IMG/VR virus record: IMGVR_UViG_2767802067_000002
Coordinates: 47,332 to 111,331 of that record
Origin: a virus
Lineage: Duplodnaviria; Caudoviricetes
DNA: 64,000 nt
Strand: one strand, 5' to 3'
Shown here: positions 32,229 to 40,860 of the stretch, piece after piece
Position numbering within the stretch: the first letter of the stretch is position 1
How the letters are laid out: each line of letters begins with the position of its first letter
Translations under genes and position numbers: made by a program
Notes under the pieces: model-generated
Told to the model about the DNA's origin: nothing
Databases searched by the model: none
The model's input: only the letters and a program-made list of their open reading frames with translations

Positions 32229-33497
32229 TCACGCGACCTGGTCGGGGGAGGGGCCCTTGACGAGGTGCAGAATCCGGGCCATCGCGGGCTGCTCGGCGGC
32301 CGGGACGGGGGCCTCTGCGAGGGGTGCCGCGGGGGCCGGGACGGGGGCCTCTGCCGGGGGTGCCGCGGGGGCCGAGACCGGGGGCGCGGCAGGGGCCGGG
32401 GCGGGGGCCACGGGGGCGGCCGGAACGGGGGCCGGGGCGGGGGCCACGGGGGCGGCCGGAGGGGCTGCGGGGGCGGCCGGGGCGGGTGCCCCGGGGGCGG
32501 CCTGGGCGGGTGCCCCGGGGGCCGGCGGGACGGCGGCCCGAGCGGCCACCTGCTCGGGCCAGAAGGAGGTGCCGATGAGGTGCGGCCCGGGGGCGTCGGC
32601 GAACATGGCCAGACACTCCTCCGGGGACCGGCTGAGGGCGCGCTTCAAGGCGTCGATGTGGATGCCCCAGGTGTTGCCGAACCCGCGGATCTGCATCTTC
32701 TGGACGGGGATGCGGTAGCGGGCGAGGACCATGCGCAGCAGGGAGACGTCCCACCCTGGGGGCATGGCCTCGACCAGGGCGGAGAGGTGCACGCCCTTCC
32801 GGCCGGCCGCGACGGCGGCCAGGACCTCGGAGAGGGCGTGCCGCATCAGGGCCTCCTCGGCCTGCGCGAAGGTGAGGGCCGGGACCGCGGGGGAGTGGCA
32901 CTCCCCCGCCGCTTCATGATCGTTTTCGGCGTCGGCCTCCTCCTCGTCGTAGTACTCCCACTCCCCGTCCTCGTCGCCCTCCGCGTCTTCCTCGGTGTCC
33001 TCCTCCTCGGCCTCCTCCTCCTCGTCCTCCTCGGCAGCCCGGGTGCGCGGCTGGCTCAGGCTGACGCCGGCGGCGGCGAGGTACCAGGCGACGATCAGCA
33101 CGCCGATGATGTAGCCGTGCCAGGGAGTGAGGAGCGCCCAGAGGAGGCCGCCGAACGCGCCGCCGGTGCCGACCGCGGCGGCGACGCACAGCGCGGCGAT
33201 CCCCAGGCCCTCCAGGGTGTCGGCGATGGACTTCCCCTTCGCCTTCGCCTTGCCCTTTCCCTTGGCGGCCTTCGTCTTCGGCTTGCCCTCCTCCCCGTCC
33301 TCCTCCTCGGCCGGCTTGTCCTCCTGCTGCATGTTGGCCGCGGCCCGGAGCGCGCGGATCAGGAGCAGCAGGAGCAGCTTGGCCAGGACGACGGAGCCGC
33401 GGAGAACGGCGATCGGGCCGAGGGCCCGGAGGACGGCGCGGGCGTCGAGCTCGTCCTCCGGTGCAGCCTCGGTGGTGGTGGTCTCCCCCTTCGTCAT
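32229..33497 (-). CDS. membrane protein with acidic linker and Pro/Ala-rich tail (422 aa)
   Basis: About three hydrophobic segments; follows 33501 closely. Confidence 0.75.
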   Translation of the reverse strand: MTKGETTTTEAAPEDELDARAVLRALGPIAVLRGSVVLAKLLLLLLIRALRAAANMQQEDKPAEEEDGEEGKPKTKAAKGKGKAKAKGKSIADTLEGLGIAALCVAAAVGTGGAFGGLLWALLTPWHGYIIGVLIVAWYLAAAGVSLSQPRTRAAEEDEEEEAEEEDTEEDAEGDEDGEWEYYDEEEADAENDHEAAGECHSPAVPALTFAQAEEALMRHALSEVLAAVAAGRKGVHLSALVEAMPPGWDVSLLRMVLARYRIPVQKMQIRGFGNTWGIHIDALKRALSRSPEECLAMFADAPGPHLIGTSFWPEQVAARAAVPPAPGAPAQAAPGAPAPAAPAAPPAAPVAPAPAPVPAAPVAPAPAPAAPPVSAPAAPPAEAPVPAPAAPLAEAPVPAAEQPAMARILHLVKGPSPDQVA

Positions 33498-33500
33498 GGG

Positions 33501-33911
33501 TCAGCCCAGCTTTCCGGACATCTTGATGATCGCGTTCACGGCCGTGCCGCCGAGGCCACCGGCGGCTTGGGCCGAGACGGCCATGCTGATGCCGAGGACG
33601 GCAGGGACGATCATCTTCTTCCACTTGAAGCAGAGCGCGGTGATCCCGAGGCACAGGACGACGCCACCGGGCCCGACGTTGCCGACCCCGCCGTCTCCGA
33701 ACACGGAGGAGGGGATCTCGTTGACGTTGTTGGCGAAGTCCAGCCACATGCTCCCCGCGGCGATCCAGAGACTCCCGGTGACGAAGCCAAGGCCGGTAGC
33801 CGTGTCCCGCTTGAGGCTGATCCGGTCGCTACCGCGCAGTCCGGCGATGAGTGCGAGGGAGGACCCGGCGGCGAAGCCGGTGGAGGTGATCGCGCCGATC
33901 ATCTGGCTCAT
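33501..33911 (-). CDS. small multi-TM membrane protein (136 aa)
   Basis: MSQMIGAI start with GAAAGG RBS; Gly-rich hydrophobic helices. Confidence 0.75.
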   Translation of the reverse strand: MSQMIGAITSTGFAAGSSLALIAGLRGSDRISLKRDTATGLGFVTGSLWIAAGSMWLDFANNVNEIPSSVFGDGGVGNVGPGGVVLCLGITALCFKWKKMIVPAVLGISMAVSAQAAGGLGGTAVNAIIKMSGKLG

Positions 33912-33925
33912 GGTGCGGGTGCCTT

Positions 33926-35245
33926 TCAGAGGGTGGGGCCGGGGGCGTACAGGAGGGTGGCGACGGCGGCCGTGGCGAGGGGGATGCGGAGGATGAAGCG
34001 GACCAGGGCGCCGCGGTGACGGACCCTCCGGTCCACCAGGAAGTACAGGCCGCCGTTGACGATCCCGGCGGTGAGGATCAGGGAGACGGCGTTGGGGCCC
34101 AGGCCCCATTCGGTGCCGTACTGGTTGACCCAGCGGACGCCGACCGGGGCGAGGTTGCGGGCGAGCTCCCCTGCGGCGAGGGTGCCGACGAACCGGGCGA
34201 TGAACGGGTACGGGAGGACGTGCTGCACGGCCTGGTGGCCGAGGAGCTTCCACGCGCCGTACCAGCCGGCCAGGTTGAAGGCGAGGCCGAAGGTGCCGAC
34301 GATGCCGTGCTCGGCGGCGGGCATGAAGCCGGAGACGTAGTCGGAGCCGCCGACGCCGTAGCCGATCGCGGCGGCGGCGCCGTTGAACAGCACGAACCGC
34401 GTGCGCTTGTCCTTCGGCTTCCAGCTGCCGCCCGTCTTCGACTCGGACTTCGCGGCCGGGGCGGCGGGGGCGCCGGCGGTCGGGGGCTGGCTCGGCTTCG
34501 GCGGGACGGGCGCGCCCGGGGCCTGGCCTCCGTCCGGGGGCGCCGGGGTGGCGGAGGGGGCGTTCTTCGCGAACGCCTTCACCTTGACGGAGGACCACCA
34601 GGGGAAGACGGCCTCCGGCTCCTGCTGCTCCTCCTCGGGCTCCTCGTCGTCGTCCGGCTCCGGCTCCGGGGCGGGGGCGGGGGCGGGGGCGGGCTCCGGC
34701 TCGGGCTGCGGGGTCAGGTCGACGGTCTCCCCCGGGCGCGGGTACCGGCCGCCGCCGACGATGTGCCCCTCGGGAAGGTCGTACTTCTGGGTGCGCACCT
34801 CGGCGGGCGGCTCGGTGGGCTGCGCCGGGATGACCGGGGCCGGGGCCGCCGGGGGCTCCTCCTCAACGGCGGCCGGCTCGGCGGCCTCCTCTTCGGCGGG
34901 CTGAGCCGGGACCGCGGGCAACTCGGCGGGCTGAGCCGGGACCGCGGGCAACTCGGCGGGCTGCGCCGGGATGGCCGGGGCCGCCGAGGGCTCGGGGTCG
35001 ACCACGATCATCGGGCCGAAGGCGTCGCCGACGGCGTCGTGGAAGGCGTCCGTCGCGTCGGCCGCCACCATGCTGGTCAGCAGGGCATCGACCTCGATCG
35101 GGACGGCCCGGGCCGTCCCGACGGCCTGCTCGACGACCGTAGCCGCAGCCTCGACGACGGCCAGGTCCGCGGCGGCGTCCGCCGCGTCGTCCTCGGCCAT
35201 CCCGGCGAGCAGGTCGTTCACGTCGCTGGGCGGGGTGGCGCTCAT
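33926..35245 (-). CDS. Pro/Glu-rich protein with C-terminal multi-TM domain (439 aa)
   Basis: PAQPAELPAV repeats; 4-5 hydrophobic helices at C-terminus. Confidence 0.75.
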   Translation of the reverse strand: MSATPPSDVNDLLAGMAEDDAADAAADLAVVEAAATVVEQAVGTARAVPIEVDALLTSMVAADATDAFHDAVGDAFGPMIVVDPEPSAAPAIPAQPAELPAVPAQPAELPAVPAQPAEEEAAEPAAVEEEPPAAPAPVIPAQPTEPPAEVRTQKYDLPEGHIVGGGRYPRPGETVDLTPQPEPEPAPAPAPAPEPEPDDDEEPEEEQQEPEAVFPWWSSVKVKAFAKNAPSATPAPPDGGQAPGAPVPPKPSQPPTAGAPAAPAAKSESKTGGSWKPKDKRTRFVLFNGAAAAIGYGVGGSDYVSGFMPAAEHGIVGTFGLAFNLAGWYGAWKLLGHQAVQHVLPYPFIARFVGTLAAGELARNLAPVGVRWVNQYGTEWGLGPNAVSLILTAGIVNGGLYFLVDRRVRHRGALVRFILRIPLATAAVATLLYAPGPTL

Positions 35246-36414
35246 GCCGTCTTGCTCCTCTTCTTCGGAGTCGGGTTCTCGATCCGGCGGCGGGTGCGCG
35301 GCACGGTCTCGGCGTAGGTCCGGCTGGGGCCGTGGACGCTGGCGACGTGCGCGATCAGGTCGTCGTCGCTGATGGCCGGGTTGACCGCGAGGGCGGCGCG
35401 GATGGTAGCCGCGACGGACGGGGTCCCGCCGACGGCCTGGAGGGGCGGTGCGGCCGGGGCCGGCTGCGGCGCGGGCGCGGCCGGGGCGGGCGGGGCCGCC
35501 GGAGCGGCGGGCGCGGCCGGGGCAGCGACCGAAGCGACCGGCGCCGGAACCTGCGCGGCCGGAACGGGCGGAACGGGCGGGGCGGGCGGCGCGGGCACCG
35601 GAGCCGGAGCGGCGGGCGCCGCCGGTGCCGGGATGGCCGGTGCCGGGACGGGCTGGAGCTCGGGCTGCGCCGGGATCGGCGCGGCCTCGAGTACCGCCGG
35701 TGCGGCAGCCGGGAGCTCCGGCGCCGGGGCGGGCCGGGGCGGCTCGATGGCCCGCGCGGCCTCCGGGCCGTAGACCGCGGCCAGGTACGCCTGGACGCCG
35801 TCGAGGCGCTGCTGCTCCCCCAGCACGACCCGGTTGACGGCCAGCTCCTCGCGCTTCTGCTGGAGGAAGGAAGCGGCGCCCTCACCGAGCGGCACCGCGA
35901 ACATCCGCATCACCACCAGCCACATCCCCTTCGCGAGGATGCTGACGCCGCCGCCGATCACCCCGGCCGCGACCTTCTCCTTGCCCACGCCGTGGGTGAT
36001 GACCGAGGCGACGACGACCGCCAGCGCGAGGAAGCCGCCGACCATCGCCGGCTTCGCACGCGCAGGGTCGTAGCGCAGCAGCCACTCGATCACCTGGAGA
36101 CCGATCCACGTCAGCTCGAAGAGAGCCGCCGCGCCGTAGGCGATCCAAGGCGTCACCACCCCGGACAACTGGTCGCCGATGCTCGCCGTCGACCAGGCCA
36201 CCGACACGGCGGTCATACCGACCGCGAGGCCGACGACCGCCCGCAGCCCGATCGCGTCGAAGTTGCGCGGCGGTACCGGCTCCCACTCCTGGTAGGTCTG
36301 CGGGGTGAGCCGGGTCTCGCCGCCGATCGTCGTCTCGACCATCCGCTGCCGGGTCACCAAGCGGTACTTCACGCCAGGGACGCGGGGCTGCTCGGTCGGG
36401 GTCTCGGTCGTCAT
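35242..36414 (-). CDS. SpdB2/DUF2637-like membrane protein (4 TM, Pro-rich linker, C-terminal helical domain)
   Basis: SVAWSTASIG...AYGAAALFELTW...GGGVSILAKGMW architecture. Confidence 0.6.
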   Translation of the reverse strand: MTTETPTEQPRVPGVKYRLVTRQRMVETTIGGETRLTPQTYQEWEPVPPRNFDAIGLRAVVGLAVGMTAVSVAWSTASIGDQLSGVVTPWIAYGAAALFELTWIGLQVIEWLLRYDPARAKPAMVGGFLALAVVVASVITHGVGKEKVAAGVIGGGVSILAKGMWLVVMRMFAVPLGEGAASFLQQKREELAVNRVVLGEQQRLDGVQAYLAAVYGPEAARAIEPPRPAPAPELPAAAPAVLEAAPIPAQPELQPVPAPAIPAPAAPAAPAPVPAPPAPPVPPVPAAQVPAPVASVAAPAAPAAPAAPPAPAAPAPQPAPAAPPLQAVGGTPSVAATIRAALAVNPAISDDDLIAHVASVHGPSRTYAETVPRTRRRIENPTPKKRSKTA

Positions 36415-36507
36415 GCTGCTGCGCCCTTCGCGCTCGGTCCTACAGGGTGCGGCCGGGCCCACGGGGGTGGGCCCGGCCGGTGAACAGGGCGGGCAGGCCG
36501 GGAAGCG

Positions 36508-36729
36508 CTACCGGCCGCCGAAGCGGCGCTGCTCGCCCGCCTGGTGCGCCGCGCGACCCGCGCGGTCCGCCGCGCCGACCGCCTTGGAGCGGCGCCGGTT
36601 CTCCTTGGTCTCCCGCGCCTGGCGCTTCTCGCGGTCCTTCCGGGTGGCCCGGTCGGAGGCGGACTCACGGCCGGAGTAGGCGGTGGCCGCGGTCTCGCCG
36701 TCGTTGCCGCCGAACAGCCAGTCGAGCAT
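36508..36729 (-). CDS. small basic protein (73 aa)
   Basis: YSGRESASDRA; TGATG coupling with the upstream gene. Confidence 0.7.
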   Translation of the reverse strand: MLDWLFGGNDGETAATAYSGRESASDRATRKDREKRQARETKENRRRSKAVGAADRAGRAAHQAGEQRRFGGR

Positions 36730-36887
36730 CAGAGACCCACCGATCCGGCGGCCTCGTTGCCGTGGCTCTGCGCGCCAGCGAGCTGATCGCGCGCGTCCAC
36801 CGACCGCTGCTCGCGCTGCTCAGGGGTGCCGTACGCCTGACGGGCGAGCTCGTGCTCGCGGGCCGCGCCCTCGGTGATGTCCGCCAT
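36729..36887 (-). CDS. small protein (52 aa)
   Basis: MADITEGAARE; TGATG coupling on both sides. Confidence 0.6.
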   Translation of the reverse strand: MADITEGAAREHELARQAYGTPEQREQRSVDARDQLAGAQSHGNEAAGSVGL

Positions 36888-37336
36888 CAGGCCGCCACCT
36901 CCGCGCGCGGGCCCTTCGAGCCACCGGGGGCGGGCTGGTCCTTCGGACCGCGCGGGCCCTCCGCCAAGTCCTCCGGGCCCTTCGCCGGCTGCTCCTTGCG
37001 CGGGTGCGGGAACCCGGGGATCGACGGGATCACCGGCTCGTTGTCCGCCTCGGTCCACTCGTAGCCGGCCGCGCGGGCCGCCTTGAGGAGAACCAGCGCG
37101 TACTCGCCGCGGGTGATGCCGCCCGTGATCTCCGGGAGGAGACGGAGGGCGATCTGCGCGAGCAGCCCGGCCTCCGCCTCGGCGTCGACCGCCTTGTACG
37201 CCTCGGCGAACAGCAGGCCGTACACCGAGCCGCCCAGCGCGGCACCCGGGTACGCGGTGCGCAGCGTCTCGGCGACGCGCGCCAGAACGGCACCGGCCGC
37301 CTCTTCGGGGGGCGTGATCACATCGGTAAGGTTCAT
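36887..37336 (-). CDS. hypothetical protein (149 aa)
   Basis: AGGAG RBS; first gene of the membrane operon. Confidence 0.75.
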   Translation of the reverse strand: MNLTDVITPPEEAAGAVLARVAETLRTAYPGAALGGSVYGLLFAEAYKAVDAEAEAGLLAQIALRLLPEITGGITRGEYALVLLKAARAAGYEWTEADNEPVIPSIPGFPHPRKEQPAKGPEDLAEGPRGPKDQPAPGGSKGPRAEVAA

Positions 37337-37376
37337 GCGTCTGCTCCTGGTGACTCAGGGGTGGACGTCCCGGCCC

Positions 37377-37471
37377 GTGTGCAACCACGGGGCGGGGTTG
37401 TTAGGCGCTGCCCGGTGTGCAACCACCGGGCAGCGTCGTTTTCAGCGACCCTGGCCTCCGTGTGCAACCAC
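37377..37471. repeat. three direct repeats GTGTGCAACCAC in a divergent intergenic region
   Basis: Copies near 37377, 37415 and 37460. Confidence 0.85.
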
Positions 37472-37551
37472 GTCGGCCGGGGTGACCGCTGATGAGTACG
37501 AGACTACCCACCTGCTTGCGCTGGCGCAAGCAGGTCTGAGAGGATGGAGCC

Positions 37552-37869
37552 GTGTCCGACTCCCCGAACGAGCGTCAAGCCGGGGCCGAAGAGGCGCAGT
37601 TGAAGCTCTGCACCATCCCGGAGATGCCCGATCTCCTGGCGGAGGCCGGTCTCAAGCGCCTGACCGAGGCGCGCATCCGGCAGCTTGCCGCCACCCCCGA
37701 GTTCCCTGGCCCCGTCTGGGAGCGGGGCAACCTGCGCCTGTTCAACTGGCCCCCAGTGCTCGAGTACTTCCGCGAGCGCAAGCTGCGCCCCGGGGAGCGG
37801 ACTGACCTCAAGCGAGATCAGGAGGCTCCCCCCAGCGATGAGCACCACGACAAGGCAGGACCCCAGTAG
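37552..37869 (+). CDS. AlpA/MerR-like HTH protein (105 aa)
   Basis: LTEARIRQLAATPEFPGPV...RLFNWPPVLEYF. Confidence 0.72.
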   Translation: MSDSPNERQAGAEEAQLKLCTIPEMPDLLAEAGLKRLTEARIRQLAATPEFPGPVWERGNLRLFNWPPVLEYFRERKLRPGERTDLKRDQEAPPSDEHHDKAGPQ

Positions 37870-38467
37870 CGAGACGAGGCGCGCGGCGGTGTACCGGCTG
37901 TACGCCGCCGACGGCGCGCTGCTCTACATCGGCTCCTCGTACGACCCCGAAGGACGCTGCAAGGGCCACCAGCGCACAGCGTGGTGGCCCTTGGTCGAGC
38001 GCCGCACGGACGAGTGGTACGACAGCCGTGACATCGCGTACGGGGAGGAGCGCCGCGCGATCAAGGAGGAGAACCCGGCGTACAACTTCGCCTGCACCGA
38101 CCAGCACACCGGCCCGGCGCAGGTCCAGGTCGTGCGCCAGGCCGGGGCCGCCGAGGAAGAGGCGCAGCGCTTCATGGCCGCCGTAGAAGTCCTCAAGCAG
38201 ATGAAGGACCCGGCGGCGCAGGCACGCGCCATCACCCAGGTCTTGCAGGCCCAGCCCGGCGCAGTGAAGGCCCTCAAGGGGATTCGGCGCGAGTACGTCC
38301 TCAGGCAGCGCGCCGCCAAGATCACGTTCCGGGCCATCGCGGCCGACCTCGGCGTCTCCGTCGGCACCGTCCAGGACATCGTGCGCGGCTACTCCGGCTC
38401 GTACCAGGACCGGCCCCGCACGGGGGCCGGGAAGGTGTCGGCGTCCGAGACGCCGCCGTCCAAGTAG
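37838..38467 (+). CDS. GIY-YIG domain plus C-terminal HTH protein (209 aa)
   Basis: AVYRLYAADGALLYIGSS...R...E...ENPAYN; TFRAIAADLGVSVGTVQDIVRG. Confidence 0.82.
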   Translation: MSTTTRQDPSSETRRAAVYRLYAADGALLYIGSSYDPEGRCKGHQRTAWWPLVERRTDEWYDSRDIAYGEERRAIKEENPAYNFACTDQHTGPAQVQVVRQAGAAEEEAQRFMAAVEVLKQMKDPAAQARAITQVLQAQPGAVKALKGIRREYVLRQRAAKITFRAIAADLGVSVGTVQDIVRGYSGSYQDRPRTGAGKVSASETPPSK

Positions 38468-38567
38468 TTCACCACCTCGGCGGCGTCGACGCCGCCCGGC
38501 GCGGCCCCGGCATGCCCAGTGGCCGCTACCCTCTGCACCCACCTCAGCACAGAGAGCAGGTTCCACC

Positions 38568-39071
38568 ATGCGCAGGATCACCGCCGCGGTGCTCGCGGCC
38601 GCCGTCTCCGTCGGTCTGCTGGCCGGCTGCAACGGCGCGAAGCCGAGCAAGTCGAAGCCGTCGTCGTCCGCGTCGAAGAAGGCGAAGCCGGCGCCGTCGA
38701 AGTCGAAGGCGAAGTCGAAGGCGAAGTCGAAGGCGAAGCGGGCGTTCAAGCCCGGGGAGGTCGGCGATGACGACGGGTTCGCCTCGGTGGTGTCGGCCGG
38801 GTACCAGGATCATGCGGTGTGGGGGGCGCACGCCTACGTCGTGCAGTGGTCGATCACGTCGACGGACGACGACACCGAGTCGTACATGGCGAAGCTGACG
38901 TTCGCCGATCGGGACGGGAACACGCTCGGCAGCACGGCCGTGACCGCCTTGGACTTGGCGGCGGGTGCGACCGCGGAGGGCGAGACGGCGCCGCTGGGTG
39001 CGGAGATCCAGTCGGGCCGGGCCGGGGACATCGTCTCGGTGCGGGTGACGCACATCGAGGAGCTGACCTGA
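38568..39071 (+). CDS. lipoprotein
   Basis: Signal peptide with LAGC lipobox, Lys/Ser linker, beta-rich domain. Confidence 0.8.
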   Translation: MRRITAAVLAAAVSVGLLAGCNGAKPSKSKPSSSASKKAKPAPSKSKAKSKAKSKAKRAFKPGEVGDDDGFASVVSAGYQDHAVWGAHAYVVQWSITSTDDDTESYMAKLTFADRDGNTLGSTAVTALDLAAGATAEGETAPLGAEIQSGRAGDIVSVRVTHIEELT

Positions 39072-39382
39072 CGTGGATGTCGACTGGGTGGAGGTGGTCT
39101 GTGCTGGCCGGCGGCGGGTGCTGTCCGGTGCGTCTGGTGAGGCGGTGGACGAGGTAGCGGCGCTGGTGCAGGGCCTTGCTGGTGGTCGCGGCCCGGGCGG
39201 CGTGGACGGCCGCCCGGGCGGTACGGCCCAACCGGCTGGGGAGAGTACCTGATCCGGCCGTCCATGCATTCGAGAGTGGCCCCTGCCCTTCTGGGCGGGG
39301 GCCACTGGCGTTTCCGTCGCGGGGTGTCCGCGCTGGTCGGGGCGGGCTCCGGGTGTGCTGGGCGGCCCTAGACTGATCACTC

Positions 39383-39919
39383 ATGAGCAATGACCGGGAC
39401 GCCCTGCTGGCGCAGATCAAGGACAAGGCCGTCGTGCACGGCAAGGTCACCCTCTCCTCCGGCCTGGAGGCTGATTACTACGTGGACCTGCGCCGGATCA
39501 CGCTGGACGCGGAGGCGGCGCCGCTGGTCGGCAAGGTGATGTTGGACGCGGCGGCGGACCTGGAGTTCGACGCGGTGGGCGGGCTGACTCTGGGCGCGGA
39601 CCCGGTGGCGGCGGCGATGCTGCACGCGGCGGCGGCGCGCGGTCGGAAGCTGGACGCGTTCGTGGTGCGGAAGGCGGGCAAGGCGCACGGGTTGCAGCGC
39701 CGGATCGAGGGCCCGGACGTGAAGGGCCGCCGGGTGCTGGCGGTGGAGGACACCTCGACGACCGGCGGTTCGGTGCTGACCGCGGTGGAGGCGCTGCGCG
39801 AGGCGGGCGCCGAGGTGGTGGGTGTCGCGGTGATCGTGGAGCGCGGCGCGGCCCCGGCGATCGCCGAGACGGGCCTGCCGTACGTGACCGCGTACACCTT
39901 GGACGACCTGGGGCTGTGA
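39383..39919 (+). CDS. pyrE: orotate phosphoribosyltransferase
   Basis: VTLSSG..DYYVDLR, VVRKAGKAHG, PRPP loop VLAVEDTSTTGGS; TAGACT -10 near ATG. Confidence 0.95.
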   Translation: MSNDRDALLAQIKDKAVVHGKVTLSSGLEADYYVDLRRITLDAEAAPLVGKVMLDAAADLEFDAVGGLTLGADPVAAAMLHAAAARGRKLDAFVVRKAGKAHGLQRRIEGPDVKGRRVLAVEDTSTTGGSVLTAVEALREAGAEVVGVAVIVERGAAPAIAETGLPYVTAYTLDDLGL

Positions 39920-40000
39920 GCCCGGGTCGGCGGCCCCCTCCCCTTCCGGGGTGGGGGCCGCTGTCGTGTCCGGACACTGTCCGGACGGTGTCCGTGCTGG

Positions 40001-40480
40001 TCAGGCGCGGTGTCCGGGCCCGGCGGCGACGGCGGCGGCGAGGGCGATCCATCCCTTGTGCCACGCCTGGTCGAGGAGGGCTCCGGCGCGGTGGTCGCGG
40101 GTGAGCCATCCGCCCTTCCCCGCGCGGTGGGCGGCGCGGACGAGCAGCGGGGCGTCGGGGCCGGTCTCGGCCCAGTGCCCGGCGCAGCGGTCGGCGGCGT
40201 AGTGCGTGAGCGCCGAGACGGCCAGGCCGGCGGCGGCCCGGGCCGGGCTGATGCCGAGGCCGAGGTAGCGGTTCGCGGCCCAGAGGGCGAGCGCCTGGGT
40301 GGCGGTGTAGCTGGCGACGTGGCGTGCGCAGGCGGCGGCGCCGGCCGGGCCGCGGTGGCCCTTCGCGGCGGCGTCCTCGTCCCGCTGGACCAGGTAGTCA
40401 CCGATCTCGTGGGCGGCGGTCAGGGCGGCGTACGCGGCGGCGGCGCGGGTGGCCGCGGTGGTGGTGGGCTGGGCGGGCAT
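40001..40480 (-). CDS. DUF3307-like membrane protein
   Basis: AHEIGDYLVQ...AKG...HVASY...HYAAD...DQAWH. Confidence 0.75.
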   Translation of the reverse strand: MPAQPTTTAATRAAAAYAALTAAHEIGDYLVQRDEDAAAKGHRGPAGAAACARHVASYTATQALALWAANRYLGLGISPARAAAGLAVSALTHYAADRCAGHWAETGPDAPLLVRAAHRAGKGGWLTRDHRAGALLDQAWHKGWIALAAAVAAGPGHRA

Positions 40481-40673
40481 GGTGGCTCCTTCGAGCTGAC
40501 GTGTCATCAGTTTCCCGGCTGCTGCCGGGTGGTGGTGCCCAGTGCTGGGCGCTGGGGGCGTGGCGGGGCTCACGCGGAGTTGGGCCGGGCTTCTGCGGCA
40601 GATGGCGCAGAAGCGGCCTTGACTCGTGACGGCGGGTCAGGGAGATTGGCCGTAGCGTGATCACTTCTTGCTC

Positions 40674-40757
40674 GGGCGAGTGGCGGAACCGGCAGACGCA
40701 GCGACCTTAAAAGTCGCGGCCGCTCGCGGCGTGTGGGTTCGACTCCCACCTCGCTCA
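40674..40757 (+). tRNA. tRNA-Leu (anticodon TAA), bldA-type specificity
   Basis: Acceptor GGGCGAG/CTCGCTC plus A73; anticodon arm GCGAC-CTTAAAA-GTCGC; long variable arm GCCGC-TC-GCGGC; T-arm GTGGG-TTCGACT-CCCAC. Confidence 0.93.
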
Positions 40758-40774
40758 CGGCTCCCGGAAACGGT

Positions 40775-40812
40775 GAGAGGCCCCCGCAGGCGGCGGGGGC
40801 CTCTCGCTTTTT
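40775..40812 (+). terminator. intrinsic terminator after tRNA-Leu
   Basis: GAGAGGCCCCCGC/GCGGGGGCCTCTC stem followed by a T run. Confidence 0.8.
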
Positions 40813-40860
40813 GGTGCCGCTGACCTGCGGCTTTGTAGGGGCGGTTCTACTTTTGGGCCC

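Noticed and set aside
32290-35740. GC-rich tandem repeats (32290-32530, 34895-34970, 35450-35740)
   Set aside because: They encode Pro/Ala-rich linkers in frame; ordinary low-complexity protein sequence.
38690-38738. 12-bp tandem GAAGTCGAAGGC repeats
   Set aside because: They encode the KSKA linker of the lipoprotein.
39072-39370. Possible small gene or RNA between the lipoprotein and pyrE
   Set aside because: Candidate frames lack a convincing start or motif, and no RNA fold could be supported by eye.
39383-40757. pyrE/tRNA-Leu as a prophage-host boundary
   Set aside because: Phage-type genes and the same repeat families continue on both sides, with no host synteny. It cannot be fully excluded without the genome.
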